Program-made: the position numbers and the translations under genes
Part shown: positions 36,991 through 49,382 of the stretch, one piece after another
How positions within the stretch are numbered: the stretch's first letter is position 1
Layout of the letters: every line of letters begins with the position of its first letter
The notes under the pieces: generated by a model
Seen by the model: only the letters and a program-made list of their open reading frames with translations
The model's database searches: none
Told to the model about the DNA's origin: nothing
Source: Raja brachyura
Lineage: Eukaryota
Reading direction: 5' to 3'
Assembly: GCA_963514005.1 (NCBI GenBank)
Contig: OY740782.1
Location: 96,782,001-96,846,000, forward strand
Length of the DNA: 64,000 nucleotides

Positions 36991-37294
36991 ATTGTTTCCA
37001 ACTGGTTAGCTTGCCCAGGATTCCATATATTAACCATCCAGACTAGACAACCATGTGGTACCTTGTCATTGGCCTTAATAAAATTAGTGTGGATATCATC
37101 TACATTAGTGCCCTCATCAATCTTGTTGGTCATCTCTTCAAAAACGCAGGCAAATCGGGTGAAACATTATTGCGCAATTGCCTTGTAGGATCAAGTAGGT
37201 ATTTTATGGCTTATAACAGGTAATACAATAATAACAATGACATTCACAATTTAACCTGCCTTTGCTGATTTTTAAAATATTTCATTGTTTTATT

Positions 37295-37578
37295 AGTTTG
37301 GTTTAGAGATACAGCATGGAAACAGGGTCTTTGGGCACCATACTGACCAACGATCACCCATATACCAGTTCTATCCTACACACCAGGGACAATTTACAGA
37401 AGCCAATTAACCTTCAAACCTGCACGTCTTTGGAATGTGGAGGAAACCGGAGCACCCAGATAAAACCCACATGGAGAAATCACAGGGAGAACACACAAAC
37501 TCTGTACAGACAGCACCCATAGTCAGGATCGAACCAAAGTCTCTACCTCTGTAAGGCAGCAACTCTACCACTGTGCCA
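37295..37578 (-). mobile_element. HE1/V-type SINE
   Basis: Reverse complement of the 35700 family. Confidence 0.8.
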
Positions 37579-38206
37579 CTATCCTGTCCTGGAACTGAAA
37601 ACATTCTTTATTTTTGTGGAGGAGTCTGATGATCATACTGAAGCGAAATAAAATGCTGACATTTGTAACAACTACTAATTGCAAGTATTGTGATTGCTCT
37701 ATACTAGGATTCTCCATTCATAGAAGGATATTTTCCTGAAAAAATATGCACTAAACAAAACTTTGTAAATTGGAAATACACCTTGGGGCATTTTAGTACA
37801 TTCCTTTGTGTGGAGAGTGGAGAGTGTTTTGTGATCAATAGACAATAGACAATAGGTGCAGAAGTAGGCCATTCGGCCCTTCGAGCCAGCACAGCCATGT
37901 GATCACGGCTGATCATCCCCAATCAGTACCCCGTTCCTGCCTTCTCCCCATATCCCCCGACTCCTCTATTTTTAAGAGCCCCATCTAGCTCTCTCCTGAA
38001 AGAATCCAGAAAACCTGCCTCCACTGCCCTCTGAGGCAGAGAATTCCACAGACTCACCAGTCTCTGTGAGAAAAGGTGTTTCCTCGTCTCTGTTCTAAAC
38101 AGCTTACTCCTTATTCTTAAACTGTGGCCCCTGGTTCTGGACTCCCCCAACATCGGGAACATGTTTCCTGCCTCTATCATGTCCAAACCTTTAACAATCT
38201 TATATT

Positions 38207-38574
38207 GAGAAAGCACTGATTGGCTCTAGCCCAAGTGGGAGGAGAGTTCTCAGTGAGTCAGAGGGGGAGAGCAGTTAAAAAGGAGAGGCAAAGCACAGGC
38301 AGACTTCACTCAGTCTTCCCGTGGATTTTGAAGCAACAGCAACAAAGAGAAGCAGGAGAAAGCACTGATTGGCTCTAGCCCAAGTGGGAGGAGAGTTCTC
38401 AGTGAGTCAGAGGGGGAGAGCAGTTAAAAAGGAGAGGCAAAGCACAGGCAGACTTCACTCAGTCTTCCCATGGATTTTGAAGCAACAGCAACAAAGAGAA
38501 GCAGGAGAAAGCACTGATTGGCTCTAGCCCAAGTGGGAGGAGAGTTCTCAGTGAGTCAGAGGGGGAGAGCAGTT
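38207..38574 (+). repeat. About 2.5 tandem 149-bp monomers in the CR1 5'UTR
   Basis: Units start at 38207, 38356 and 38505 and are nearly identical. Each has ATTGG (CCAAT) and TGAGTCA (AP-1). Confidence 0.9.
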
Positions 38575-38773
38575 CCTCAAAACTGAGGAATTTGGTTTGT
38601 AAATTAGGCAATTGAACAGTCAATATAAGCAAGGCAGCTCTTGGGGAGAGGCAGTGAGGGAGTGGTCTTGTGAGGGAAGTGCCCTGTGAGTAAAGTGTGA
38701 GTCTTTGGCTCGAGAGTCTTCGGCGAGGAGGCTGCGCAAAATACTGGATAGGGCGAGACCGAGGCAAAAGAAG

Positions 38774-39700
38774 ATGTCAAGCAAGCTGATGCAGTGTGAT
38801 GCTTGCAGTATGTGGGAGGTCAAGGACACTGCTGGTGCCTCTGGATGCTACAAATGTGAGAAGTGCATCCAGGTACAGCTCCTGAAGGACCATGTTGGGG
38901 AACTGGAGAAACAAGTGGATGACCTCGGGTTCATTCGAGAAACTGAGTCGTTTCTCGACAAGTCCTTCAGTGAGATTGTTACACCCAAGGCACTAGAAGA
39001 GAGAAGGTGGGTGACGGTGAGAAAGGGAGGAAAACATGGGATGCAAAGGTCCCCGGGTGTTGTACCTCTTGTGAACAGGTTCACCCACGTGGAAGCTGCC
39101 GGGACAGAAGACGGTATCCCACTGAGCGGCGGACTGGCTTGCCAAACAAAAAGGGCTGATGAGCCAAACCCACAGAGGCCAAAGTCGGGCAACGCCATTG
39201 TAGTTGGAGACTCCATTGTGAGAGGTACGGACAGGGGTTTTTGCGGCAACAGACGGGATTCCACGATGGTGTGCTGCCTTCCTGGTGCCAGGATCCAGGA
39301 TGTTACGGACAGAGTGCAGACAATCCTCAAGGGCGAAGGTGACCAGCCGGAAGTGGTCGTGCATGTTGGCACAAATGATGTTGGAAAGAAGGAGATGAAT
39401 TTTTTGCAGCGGGACTTCAGAGAGCTCGGACAAATGCTGAAAAGCAGGACTTCCAGGGTTGTTATCTCCGGTTTGCTTCCAGTTCCTCGTGCTGGCGAGA
39501 GCAGGAACAGGGAGATATGGGACCTGAATGTGTGGCTGAGGAACTGGTGCAGGGGGCAGGGATTTAGATTCTTAGATCACTGGGATTTTTTTTATAGTAA
39601 GGGGGAACTGTACAAAAGGGACGGATTGCATCTTAACAGGTGGGGGACCAGCATTCTGGCCGGCAGGTTTGCCACTGCTACACGGATGGTTTTAAACTGA
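38774..39700 (+). CDS. CR1 ORF1p: zinc finger/leucine zipper plus SGNH(GDSL) esterase, apparently intact
   Basis: CxxC...CxxC, heptad leucines, GDSIVR, HVGTND, DGLHL motifs. ATG at 38774 within ORF 38705-39700. Confidence 0.9.
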   Translation: MSSKLMQCDACSMWEVKDTAGASGCYKCEKCIQVQLLKDHVGELEKQVDDLGFIRETESFLDKSFSEIVTPKALEERRWVTVRKGGKHGMQRSPGVVPLVNRFTHVEAAGTEDGIPLSGGLACQTKRADEPNPQRPKSGNAIVVGDSIVRGTDRGFCGNRRDSTMVCCLPGARIQDVTDRVQTILKGEGDQPEVVVHVGTNDVGKKEMNFLQRDFRELGQMLKSRTSRVVISGLLPVPRAGESRNREIWDLNVWLRNWCRGQGFRFLDHWDFFYSKGELYKRDGLHLNRWGTSILAGRFATATRMVLN

Positions 39701-42700
39701 ATAAGGGGGGTGGGGTATCAAATGGGATAGTCGAGGACGGAGTTAGAGGGAAAGAGAGTAAAGCGATGGTTAATGACCCCAGAATTAACGGGGAAGAAAG
39801 CTCACAAAGGGATAGGAGAGTATGGCCAAGTGTAATAGGGATCGATGTGAAAGGGGCCACTTGTCAACATAATTGTATAAGGAGTAAGAGTGTTGTAAAA
39901 ACAAGCCTGAAGGCTTTGTGTCTCAATGCGAGGAGCATTCGTAATAAGGTGGATGAGTTGAAGGTGCAGATAGCGATTAATGACTATGCTATAGTTGGAA
40001 TCACGGAGACTTGGCTCCAGGATGACCAAGGCTGGGAGCTGAACATCCAGGGATATTCAATATTCAGGAGGGATAGACGAAAAGGAAAAGGAGGTGGGGT
40101 AGCGTTGCTGGTGAGAGAGGAGATTAATGCAATAGAAAGGAAGGACATTAGCGTGGAGGATGTGGAATCGATATGGGTAGAGCTGCGAAGCTCTAAGGGG
40201 CAGAAAACGCTAGTGGGAACTGTGTACAGGCCACCTAACAGTAGTATTGGAGTTGGGGATGGCATCAAACAGGAAATTAGAAATGCGTGCAACAAGGGTA
40301 ACACGGTTATAATGGGTGAATTCAATCTGCATGTAGATTGGGTGAATCAAATTGGCAGGGGTGCTGAGGAAGAGGATTTCCTGGAATGTATGCGGGATAG
40401 TTCTCTCAACCAACATGTGGAGGAACCAACGAGAGAGCAGGCTATTCTAGACTGGGTATTGAGTAATGAGGAAGGGTTAGTTAGCAGTCTTGTTGTGCGT
40501 GGCCCCTTGGGCAAGAGTGACCATAATATGGTTGAGTTCTTCATTAGGATGGAGAGTGACAAAATTAAGTCAGAAACAAGGGTTCTGAACTTGAACAAAG
40601 GTAACTTTGAAGGTATGAGATGTGAATTGGCCAAGATAGACTGGCAGGTGATTCTTAAAGGGTTGACAGTGGATGTGCAATGGAAGGTATTTAAAGACTG
40701 CATGGATGAAGTACAAAAGTTGTTCATACCAGTTTGGCAAAAGAATAAATCGGGGAAGGTGGTGCATCCATGGATAACAAGGGAAATCAGGGATAGTATA
40801 AAAACAAAAGATGAGGCATACAAATTTGCCAGAAAAAGCAGCCTACCGGAGGACTGGGAGAAATTCAGAATCCAGCAGAGGAGGACAAAGGGCTTAATTA
40901 GGAAAGGGAAAATAGATTATGAAAGGAAACTGGCAGGGAACATAAAAACTGACTGCAAAAGTTTTTATAGATATGTAAAGAGAAAGAGACTAGTTAAAAC
41001 AAATGTTGGTCCCTTGCAGTCAGAAACAGGTGAATTGATCATGGGGAACAAGGACATGGCAGACCAATTGAATAACTACTTTGGTTCTGTCTTCACTAAG
41101 GAAGACATAAATAATCTGCCGGAAATAGCAGTGGAACGGGGGTCAAATAAGATGGAGGAACTGAGTGAAATCCAGGTTAGCCGGGAGGTGGTGTTGGGTA
41201 AATTGAACGGATTGAAGGCCGATAAATCCCCAGGGCCAGATAGTCTGCATCCCTGAGTACTCAAGGAGGTAGCCACAGAAATAGTGGATGCATTAGTGAT
41301 AATTTTTCAAAATTCCTTAGATTCTGGAGTAGTTCCTGAGGATTGGAGGGTAGCTAATGTAACCCCACTTTTTAAAAAAGGAGGGAGAGAGAAAGCGGGG
41401 GAATTACAGACCAGTTAGTCTAACATCGGTAGTGGGGAAACTGCTAGAGTCAGTTATTAAAGATGGGATAGCAGCGCATTTGGAAAGTGGTGAAATCATT
41501 GGACAAAGTCAGCATGGATTTACGAAAGGTAAATCATGTCTGACAAATCTGATAGAATTTTTCGAGGATGTAACTAGTAGAGTGGATAAGGGAGAACCAG
41601 TGGATGTGTTATATCTAGACTTTCAGAAGGCTTTTGACAAGGTCCCGCATAAGAGATTAGCATACAAACTTAAAGCACACGGTATTGGGGGTTCAGTATT
41701 GATGTGGATAGAGAACTGGCTAGCAGACAGGAGGCAAAGGGTAGGAGTAAACGGGTCCTTTTCAGAATGGCAGGCAGTGACTAGTGGGGTGCCGCAAGGC
41801 TCAGTGCTGGGACCCCAGCTATTTACAATATATATTAATGATTTGGACGAGGGAATTCAATGCAACATCTCCAAATTTGCAGATGATACCAAGCTGGGGG
41901 GTATAGTTAGGTGTGAGGAGGATGCTTGGAGGCTGCAGGGTGATTTGGATAGGCTGAGTGAATGGGCAGATGCATGGCAGATGCAGTACATTGTGGATAA
42001 ATGTGAGGTTATCCACTTTGGTGGCAAAAACATGAGGGTAGACTATTATCTGAATGGTGGCAGATTAGGTAAGGGGGAGATGCAACGAGACCTGGGTGTC
42101 ATGGTACACCAGTCATTGAAAGTAGGCATGCAGGTGCAGCAGGCAGTGAAGAAAGCAAATGGTATGTTAGCATTCATAGCGAAAGGATTTGAGTATAGGA
42201 GCAGGGAGGTTCTACTGCAGTTGTACAGGGTTTTGGTGAGGCCACACCTGGAGTACTGCGTACAGTTTTGGTCTCCAAATCTGAGGAAAGACATCCTTGC
42301 CATAGAGGGGGTACAGAGAAGATTCACCAGACTGATTCCTGGGATGTCAGGACTTTCATATGAGGAAAGATTGGATATACTCGGTTTGTACTCGATGGAA
42401 TTTAGAAGATTGAGGGGGGATCTTATAGAAACCTACAAAATTCTTAAAGGGTTGGACAAGCTAGATGCTGGAAGATTGTTCCCGATGTTGGGGGAGTCCA
42501 GAACAAGGGGTCACAGTCTAAGGATAAGGGGGAATTCCTTTAGGACCGAAATGAGGAAAACATTCTTTACACAGAGAGTGGTGAGTCTCTGGAATTCTCT
42601 GCCACAGAAGGTAGTTGAGGCCAGTTCATTGGCTATATTTAAGAGGGCGTTAGATGTGGCACTTGTGGCTAAAGGGATCGGGGTATGGAGAGAAGGCAGG
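39640..42700 (+). pseudogene. CR1 ORF2 (APE endonuclease plus reverse transcriptase), disabled
   Basis: LNARS, ITETW, YRPP, SDH, PQGSVLGP, FADD motifs present. Nonsense TGA at 41254-41256, frameshift in a G-run near 41397-41401, and catalytic GDFN reads GEFN. Confidence 0.9.
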
Positions 42701-44740
42701 TACGGGATACTGAGTTGGATGATCAGCCATGATCACATTGAATGGCGGTGCAGGCTCGAAGGGCCGAATGGCCTACTCCTGCACCTATTTTCTATGTTTC
42801 TATGTTTCTATATGTTTCAATGAGTTCCCCTCTCATCCTTCTAAACTCCAGAGTGTACAAGCCCAGCTGCACCATTCTCTCAGCATATGGCAGTCCCGCC
42901 ATCCCGGAAATTAACCTTGTAAACCTACGCTGCACTCCCTCAATAGCAAGAATGTCCTTCCACAAATTAGGGGACCAAAACTGTACACAATACTCCAGGT
43001 GTGGTCTCACTAGGGCCCTGTACAACAGCAGAAGGACCTTTTTGCTCCTATATTCCATTCCTCTTGTTATAAAGGCCAACATGCCATTTGCTTTCTCCAC
43101 TGCCTGCTGGACCTGCATGCTTACTTTCATAGACTGATGTACAAGGACCTACAGATCCCGTTGTACTTCCCATTTTCCTAACTTGATGCCATTTAGATAG
43201 TAATCTGCCTTCCTGTTTTTGCTATCAAAGCGGATAACCTCACAATTATCCACATTAAATTTCATCTGCTATGCATCTGCCCACTCCCCCAACCTGTCCA
43301 AGTCACCCTGCATTTTCATAGCATCCTCCTCACTGCCACCCAGCTTTGTGTCATCTGCAAATTTGCTGATGTTGCTTTGAATCCCTTCATCCAAATCATA
43401 GATGTATATTGTAAATAGCTGCGGTCCCAGCACCGAGCCTTACGGTACCCCACGAGTCACTGCCTGCCATTCTGAAAGGGACCCGTTAATCCCTACTCTT
43501 TGTTTCCTGTCTGTCAACCACTTCTCTATCCATGTCAGCACTCTACCCCCAATATCATGTGCCCTAATTTTGCCCACTAATCTCCTATGTGGGACCTTAT
43601 CAAATGCTTCCTGAAAGTCCAGGTACACTACATCCACTGGCTCTTCCTTGTCAATTTTCCTCGTTACATCTTCAAAAAATTCCAGAAGATTAGTCAAGCA
43701 TGATTTCCCCTTCGTAAATCCATGCTGACTCGGACCAATCTTGTTACTGCTATCCAAATGTTCGGCTATCTCATCTTTTATAATTGACTCCAGCATCTTC
43801 CCCATCACCGATGTCAGGCTAACTGGTCTATAATTCCCTGTTTTCTCTGTCCTGCCTTTCTTAAAAAGTGGGATAACATTAGCTACCCTCCAATCCACAG
43901 GAACTGATCCTGAGTCTGTAGAACATTGGAAAATTATCACCACAATTTCTAGAGCCACTTTCTTAAATACGCTGGGATGCAGTCCATCAGGCCCTGGAGA
44001 TTTATCAGCCTTGAGTCCCATCAGTCTATCCAATACCATTTCATGCCTTATGTGGATTTCCTTCAGTTCCTCCGTCACCCCAGATCCTCTGGCCACTACT
44101 ATATCAGGAAGATTGTTTGTGTCCTCCTTAGTGAAGACAGATCCAAAGTACCTGTTCAACTCATCTGCCATTTCCTTGTTCCCCATAATAAATTCACTTT
44201 TTTCGGTCTTCAAGGGTCCAACTTTGGCCTTAACTAATTTTTTTCCTCTTCACATACCTAAAGAAGCTTTTACTACCCTGCAGGTTACCCTTCAGCTTCC
44301 TATTAAATCTTTCCCCCTCGCCACATTTCTATTAATAACCTTAAATACTGTAAATTCACTTCTTTAGATGTTATAAGTTAAATCATAAATTGTCCAGTGA
44401 ATTAAGGAAGTGGAAAGGGAGTACAGGGACCAGAGACCTGTGTGAGCAGAAATGGGGCATTGGGGCCTAGGCCTCCAGTTAATGGAAATAGAGCAAAAAT
44501 TAACTAATTTTTTCCTCTTCATATACCAAAAGAAGCTTTTACTATCCTGCTTTATATTCTTGGCTATCTTACCTTCGTACCTCATCTTTTCTCTCCGTAT
44601 TGCTTTATGAATCAAAGAGAAGCACACAAAGGAATTAATCGCATTCAAATTTCTCTTTCAAAAATGAAAGCACGACCACCTGGAAAATGATTATTGCAGA
44701 AGGTTCATGTAAATGTATTGATTTAAAGCCATTAATGTAC

Positions 44741-44825
44741 CTGTTTTTAAATAGCCCGATTCAAATTTCATGGTAAACGGATCTCTGCCAAAACTGGTCA
44801 CAAAGTTCGGAATACCAGCCTCATA
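44741..44825 (-). CDS. C7orf78: C7orf78-like coding exon 2 (85 nt)
   Basis: TTTCTTTTGTTAG|TAT GAG... translates YEAGIPNFVTSFGRDPFTMKFESGYLKT plus 1 nt, then donor CAG|GTACAT. Phase-compatible with both neighbours. Confidence 0.85.
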
Positions 44826-45769
44826 CTAACAAAAGAAAGAGTAGAGAGTTAATATGAATATCATTGCGTGTACTTTTAGATATAAAGATACTTAATTCCA
44901 ATGGTATTGTTACAATCAGGATCTAACGTTTGAGGAAGTGTTTTAATATTTGACACAGTATATAGGATATGAGGAAAGGTGATGACAGGAGACTTAATTT
45001 AACGATATGCCAGCAAAGAGACCGCATGGGCATAAAGGCCTAAATATCTTACCTCCAGGGATATAATCTACGATGAAAATGTCAGTCTTTTTGTGTAATA
45101 TTAACACTGATGGAGTATATCAGGACCCACGATCTCTCAAACCCCCACAAAGTGCTGTTGCCCTTCAAATTTGTTGTTGGTGGTTCCCAAATCTGATGAG
45201 TACCGATCTAAAAGTGGCAGTGATCAACTTGACCAAGAAGGTTTAGGTCCCCAATGAAAATATTAGTAACCATGAAGAATGGGTGATGCACAAATATTTT
45301 GGATTTTCTCTGTGGTCCATTTCGTTCCCAGCCAGCCCACTTTAACTCTTCAGCCAGGAAGATTCAAAGTTAGGGTTAGCTAAAGTCCTGAGGATACCAA
45401 TCGGCAAACTGCCTAATAGCAACAACTTTGACTCCCCTTTCCAATTAGATAGCAGCACTACATAGTAATGGATTTGAGGGTCAAATTAAACAGTTTAAAC
45501 AGACTGTGTTTATCCATGGCATTAAGACACCAAATAAAGGCTTGTGCTGAATTGCACTTCATTGCGGCTGATAGTTCTCATATGTTAGCATGTTCCTAAC
45601 TTCCATGCTTACATATTCCAGTGTAAAAGCATGAAATATGTTGGGGGTCAGAAGCCTGTATTTCTACCCTATAACTCTGCCTCTGCATATATACGACTGA
45701 AAACACAGGCAATTCCTTATTGACTTAAGCTAAGTATCTGATATACTTTATATCTGCCGTTAAACTTTA

Positions 45770-46360
45770 CATTAGAAACAGCTGGCATTTTGCAATTATC
45801 TGTATTAAACTCCATTAACAATTCCTCAGCCCATCTGTCTAACTGATCAAGATCCTGTTGCAATTTTTGATAACATTCACTATCAATGCTGTCACCCATT
45901 TTTGTGTTATCTGCAAACTTGCAAATCATGCCTTGTACATTCTCATTCAAATCGTTGATATAAACCACAATTGGCAAAGGGCCCAGCACTGATCCTTGAG
46001 GCATTCCACTTGTCACAGGCTTTCAGTCTGTAAAACAACCTTCCACCATCACCCTTTGCTTCCTTCCATGAAGCCAATTCTCTATTCGGTTGCCTAGCTC
46101 CCCATGGATCCCATGTGATCTAACATTCCAAAGCAACCTACCACATGGAACCTATCTAATGCCTTGCTGAAGTCTATGTAGAAAACATCTATGGCATTGC
46201 CCTCATCAACCTTTTTGTTACCTCCTCAAAAAACTCAATCAGATTTGTGAGACATGATCTCCCATGCACAAAACCATGCTGACTATCCCCAATCAGCCCC
46301 TCTTTATCCAAATGCCTATATATCTTATCAGAATATTCTCTGGTAACTTGCCTACCAATA
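45770..46360 (-). mobile_element. CR1 RT fragment in intron of the C7orf78-like gene
   Basis: SGMPQGSVLGP...INDL...KFADNTK. Confidence 0.8.
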
Positions 46361-46973
46361 GACAGGTAAGTGAAAGTTAAGCTTTTTGTTTATTTTTCTT
46401 TATATTGTTTTCAGATTCAGATTCAATTTTAATTGTCATTGTCAGTGTACAGTACAGAGACAACGAAATGCATTAACAACGAAATGCATGTTTTTAATTA
46501 ACATGGGATTAATTAAATTTATTTGTATCTATTTTAAAATAGTTTCTAAATGTTTATATTACATCACTTTTAACCCTTTTCAAATATCGATGACCATGAT
46601 AGACATTTAGAAACAGTTGTTAGGGGCAATTTCAAAGGGCCATCTATGGCAGCAGCCCCAGAATGTGCTGCATGAGGCTTGCTCACTGCTCAAGGACTGC
46701 TCCTCTTTACAGCATGCTGTGACAGCAAAGACTAAAGGTCAATGGAACTTCATAGAAACCAAATTAAGTGTAGTCATGGGAGCCATACCCAAGGCATGGG
46801 GCATCTCATATATGAATCGGGCCAATACTTTCAGGAAAATAATGTTCGAGATAAAAGATAAATTTCTGCACATCTACAAGTTTTAAACCTTGATGCATGT
46901 TCACATCCCAACGTGACTTAATGATCATGGTCTCACTTCATACCAATTAAAATGATAGTCATTAAAAAAATAC

Positions 46974-47384
46974 CTGTCTGAAATCATGAGGCTTTGGATC
47001 TTTATAAGCACCATGTTCATACTTGCCAGTCTTCACAAACATAATCTTTGATTCAAATGGGTCTATAATTTTAAACCTGCAGACAAAGTTTGAAGTCCGT
47101 TTCTTCAAAACGAGATCTGGAAAAATAACTTTTCTACTTATTTTTGCCTGCTTAAAATCTTTATCATTTTTCCAAACCATTTTCTCAGCGTATGTTGCCG
47201 AAGATATGTAGAGCTTTGGAGTGAAGTCAGGGGGCTTCCTGTTCCATATGTAGTTATCAGATTCTGGTTTCAGTTGGACATGGCTTTTACTTCTTATCTC
47301 AGCCACACTTTGCCTTGCAGTGAATCTACGTTTCTGCAAAAATCCAAAGTTGGATTCGCCGTCCAAAACATCCTCTAGATCCAT
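46974..47384 (-). CDS. C7orf78: C7orf78-like uncharacterized protein, first coding exon (137 codons). Upstream acceptor at 47480 adds 96 nt of 5'UTR.
   Basis: MDLEDV...IWNRKPPDFTPKLY...KIMFVKTGKYEHGAYKDPKPHDFRQ resembles recalled C7orf78 motifs (KPPDF..KLY, FVKSG.Y, PKPHDFRQY). Ends at donor CAG|GTATTT, phase 0. Acceptor TTTTATTTTGCAG precedes 47480. Confidence 0.85.
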
Positions 47385-47929
47385 TTACTCTTCTGGCTTA
47401 ATATTAGTTATTTCATTGATACCTCATGGATAAACATTTGCCTTGATGTATTGAGTTATTAAAGCAGTAATAAAATTGTTCTGCAAAATAAAAAGATAAT
47501 TATTTACAAATTGGGGAAATTCGAGGAGAAAATGCTGGAATCTGGCAGAATTAAATAAACCCTGGAAAAACTCAGTGGGTCAAGCAACATCTGCAGAGGC
47601 AAAGGGATAGTAGACACCTTAGATTGGAGACCTTGCATCAGAGAAATTAAAGGGGTTGATTTTACAAGAGGGTTCCTGCTGAGGCTTTGGATTACAATAA
47701 ATTGTACAAACCCAGACTGACCACCACTAATCAATGGTCAGTGGTTCCCAGGCTTTTTCTGACCCCTTAAATAGAGGCATAATATTAACGATTCTTCAGT
47801 CTTTCGACATCTCACTCATGGCTATTGGTGAAGAAATATCTCATGCAATTTTTTTCCCCAGTTTCCCAGGATGTCCTAGGATATACTCTCCTATGTAGTC
47901 TCCTATTCATAAATTTATGAATGGTCTCC

Positions 47930-49085
47930 TATTCATAGTCTACAACTCTGCTTTCAATACCATTATCCCAACCACACTCATCTCCAAACACATTGAAGTT
48001 GGAGTCAGCACACCCCTCTGCAACTGGATCCTCGACTTCCTGACCAACAGACCACAGTCAGTGAGGATAGATGATAAATCATCCTCTACAATAATCCTCA
48101 ATACTGGTGCCCAGCAAGAATTTATTCTCAGCCCCCTACTGTACTTCTCATACATTCAAGACCGTGCAGCCAAATACCGATCCAACTCAATTTAAAAGTT
48201 CACAGATGACACCACCATCATGCACCAGATATTAAATAATGAGGAGATGTAGTACAGGAAGGAGATTGATAACCTTGTAACATGGTGTCAAAACAACAAC
48301 ATTTCCTTCAATGTCAGCAAGGTTAAGGAGATCATGATTGACTTCAGGAGGCGAATCAGTACACACACCACATTGTACATTGATAGCGTCAAAGTAAATT
48401 GGCCAATATCTTCAAGTTTTCAGGAATAAATATCACCAGAAATTTGTCCTGGACAAGCTACAATGAAGCAATGGTCAAGAAAGCATGGCAACACCTCTTC
48501 TTACTTAGAAGGCTTAGGACATTTGGCATTTCCTCGACAACCCTCAGCAACGTCTACAGATGCGCCTTAGAAGACACATTATCTTGTTGCATCACAGCAT
48601 GGTTTGGGAACAGCTCCATCCAAGACCACAAGAAATTTCAGAGAGTTGTAGATGTAGCCCAGACCATCAGGCAAACCAACCTCCCTTCCATTGTCTCCAT
48701 CTACACTTCACACTGTCTTGGCAAGGCCACCAGCATAACTATGGACCAGTTTCACCCCCTCTTCAGTCTTCTCCCCTCTCCCATCAAGCAAGAGGTACAG
48801 AAGTTTGAAAACATACCTTCAGATTCAGGAACAGTTTGTTCACAGTTGTTATCAGGCCATTAAACCATCCTCTCACCAGCTAGTGTGCAGTCTGGACCTT
48901 CCAGATACAGTACCTCATTGGAGACCTTTGAACTATCTTTAATCAGACTTTATCAGACTTTATCTTGCACTAAATTAAATATCTTGTATCTGTACACTGT
49001 GCATGATGGTATAGCATTTTCTTTGACTGGATAGCACGCAACAAAATAGCTTTACCCCGACAATAAACTAAACCAAACTAAACTA
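47930..49085 (+). mobile_element. Rex1/Babar-type LINE RT and 3' fragment
   Basis: [10 protein letters not shown]...[16 protein letters not shown]...LNTGA and FLLRRLRTFG...CITAWFG. Confidence 0.82.
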
Positions 49086-49382
49086 TACTTGCTCAAGTCC
49101 TAGGGATTTATCGACGTTTATGACTTTTAAAAGCTCCAGCATCTCTTCTGTAATGTGAACTCTCTTTAAGGTATCATTATTAAATTCATCAACATCCCTC
49201 GTATCCAAGTTTTTCTCCACGCAAATACAAATGAGAAATATTAATATAACATCTCACCCATTTCCTGTGGCTCCACAAATAGATGACTTTGCTGATTGTT
49301 AAGTGGCACTATTTCCTACCTTGCAATGAGATTGTGGTTGATATGTATCTTAGATTTATCTACCCATCTACTCAATTTTTTT

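Larger units (their letters stand above)
38206..42810 (+). mobile_element. Near full-length CR1 LINE (5' monomers, ORF1, ORF2, 3'UTR with (TTTCTATG)n tail)
   Basis: SGNH esterase ORF1, APE endonuclease and RT ORF2, CR1 3'UTR and microsatellite tail. Confidence 0.95.
37836..44610 (-). mobile_element. 5'-truncated CR1 interrupted by the plus-strand CR1 (pieces 37836-38205 and 42809-44610)
   Basis: RT-derived ORFs 43440-44213, 42792-43130 and 37923-38216. The sequence joins across the insertion (AATCTTATAT/GTTTCAATGAG). Tail is (CTATTGT)n. Confidence 0.9.

Noticed and set aside
38848-42327. Multiple 60-170 aa minus-strand ORFs
   Set aside because: Antisense shadows of CR1 ORF1/ORF2 with no independent motifs.
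45193-45230. CTGATGAG possible hammerhead core
   Set aside because: No stem II closed by GAAA downstream.
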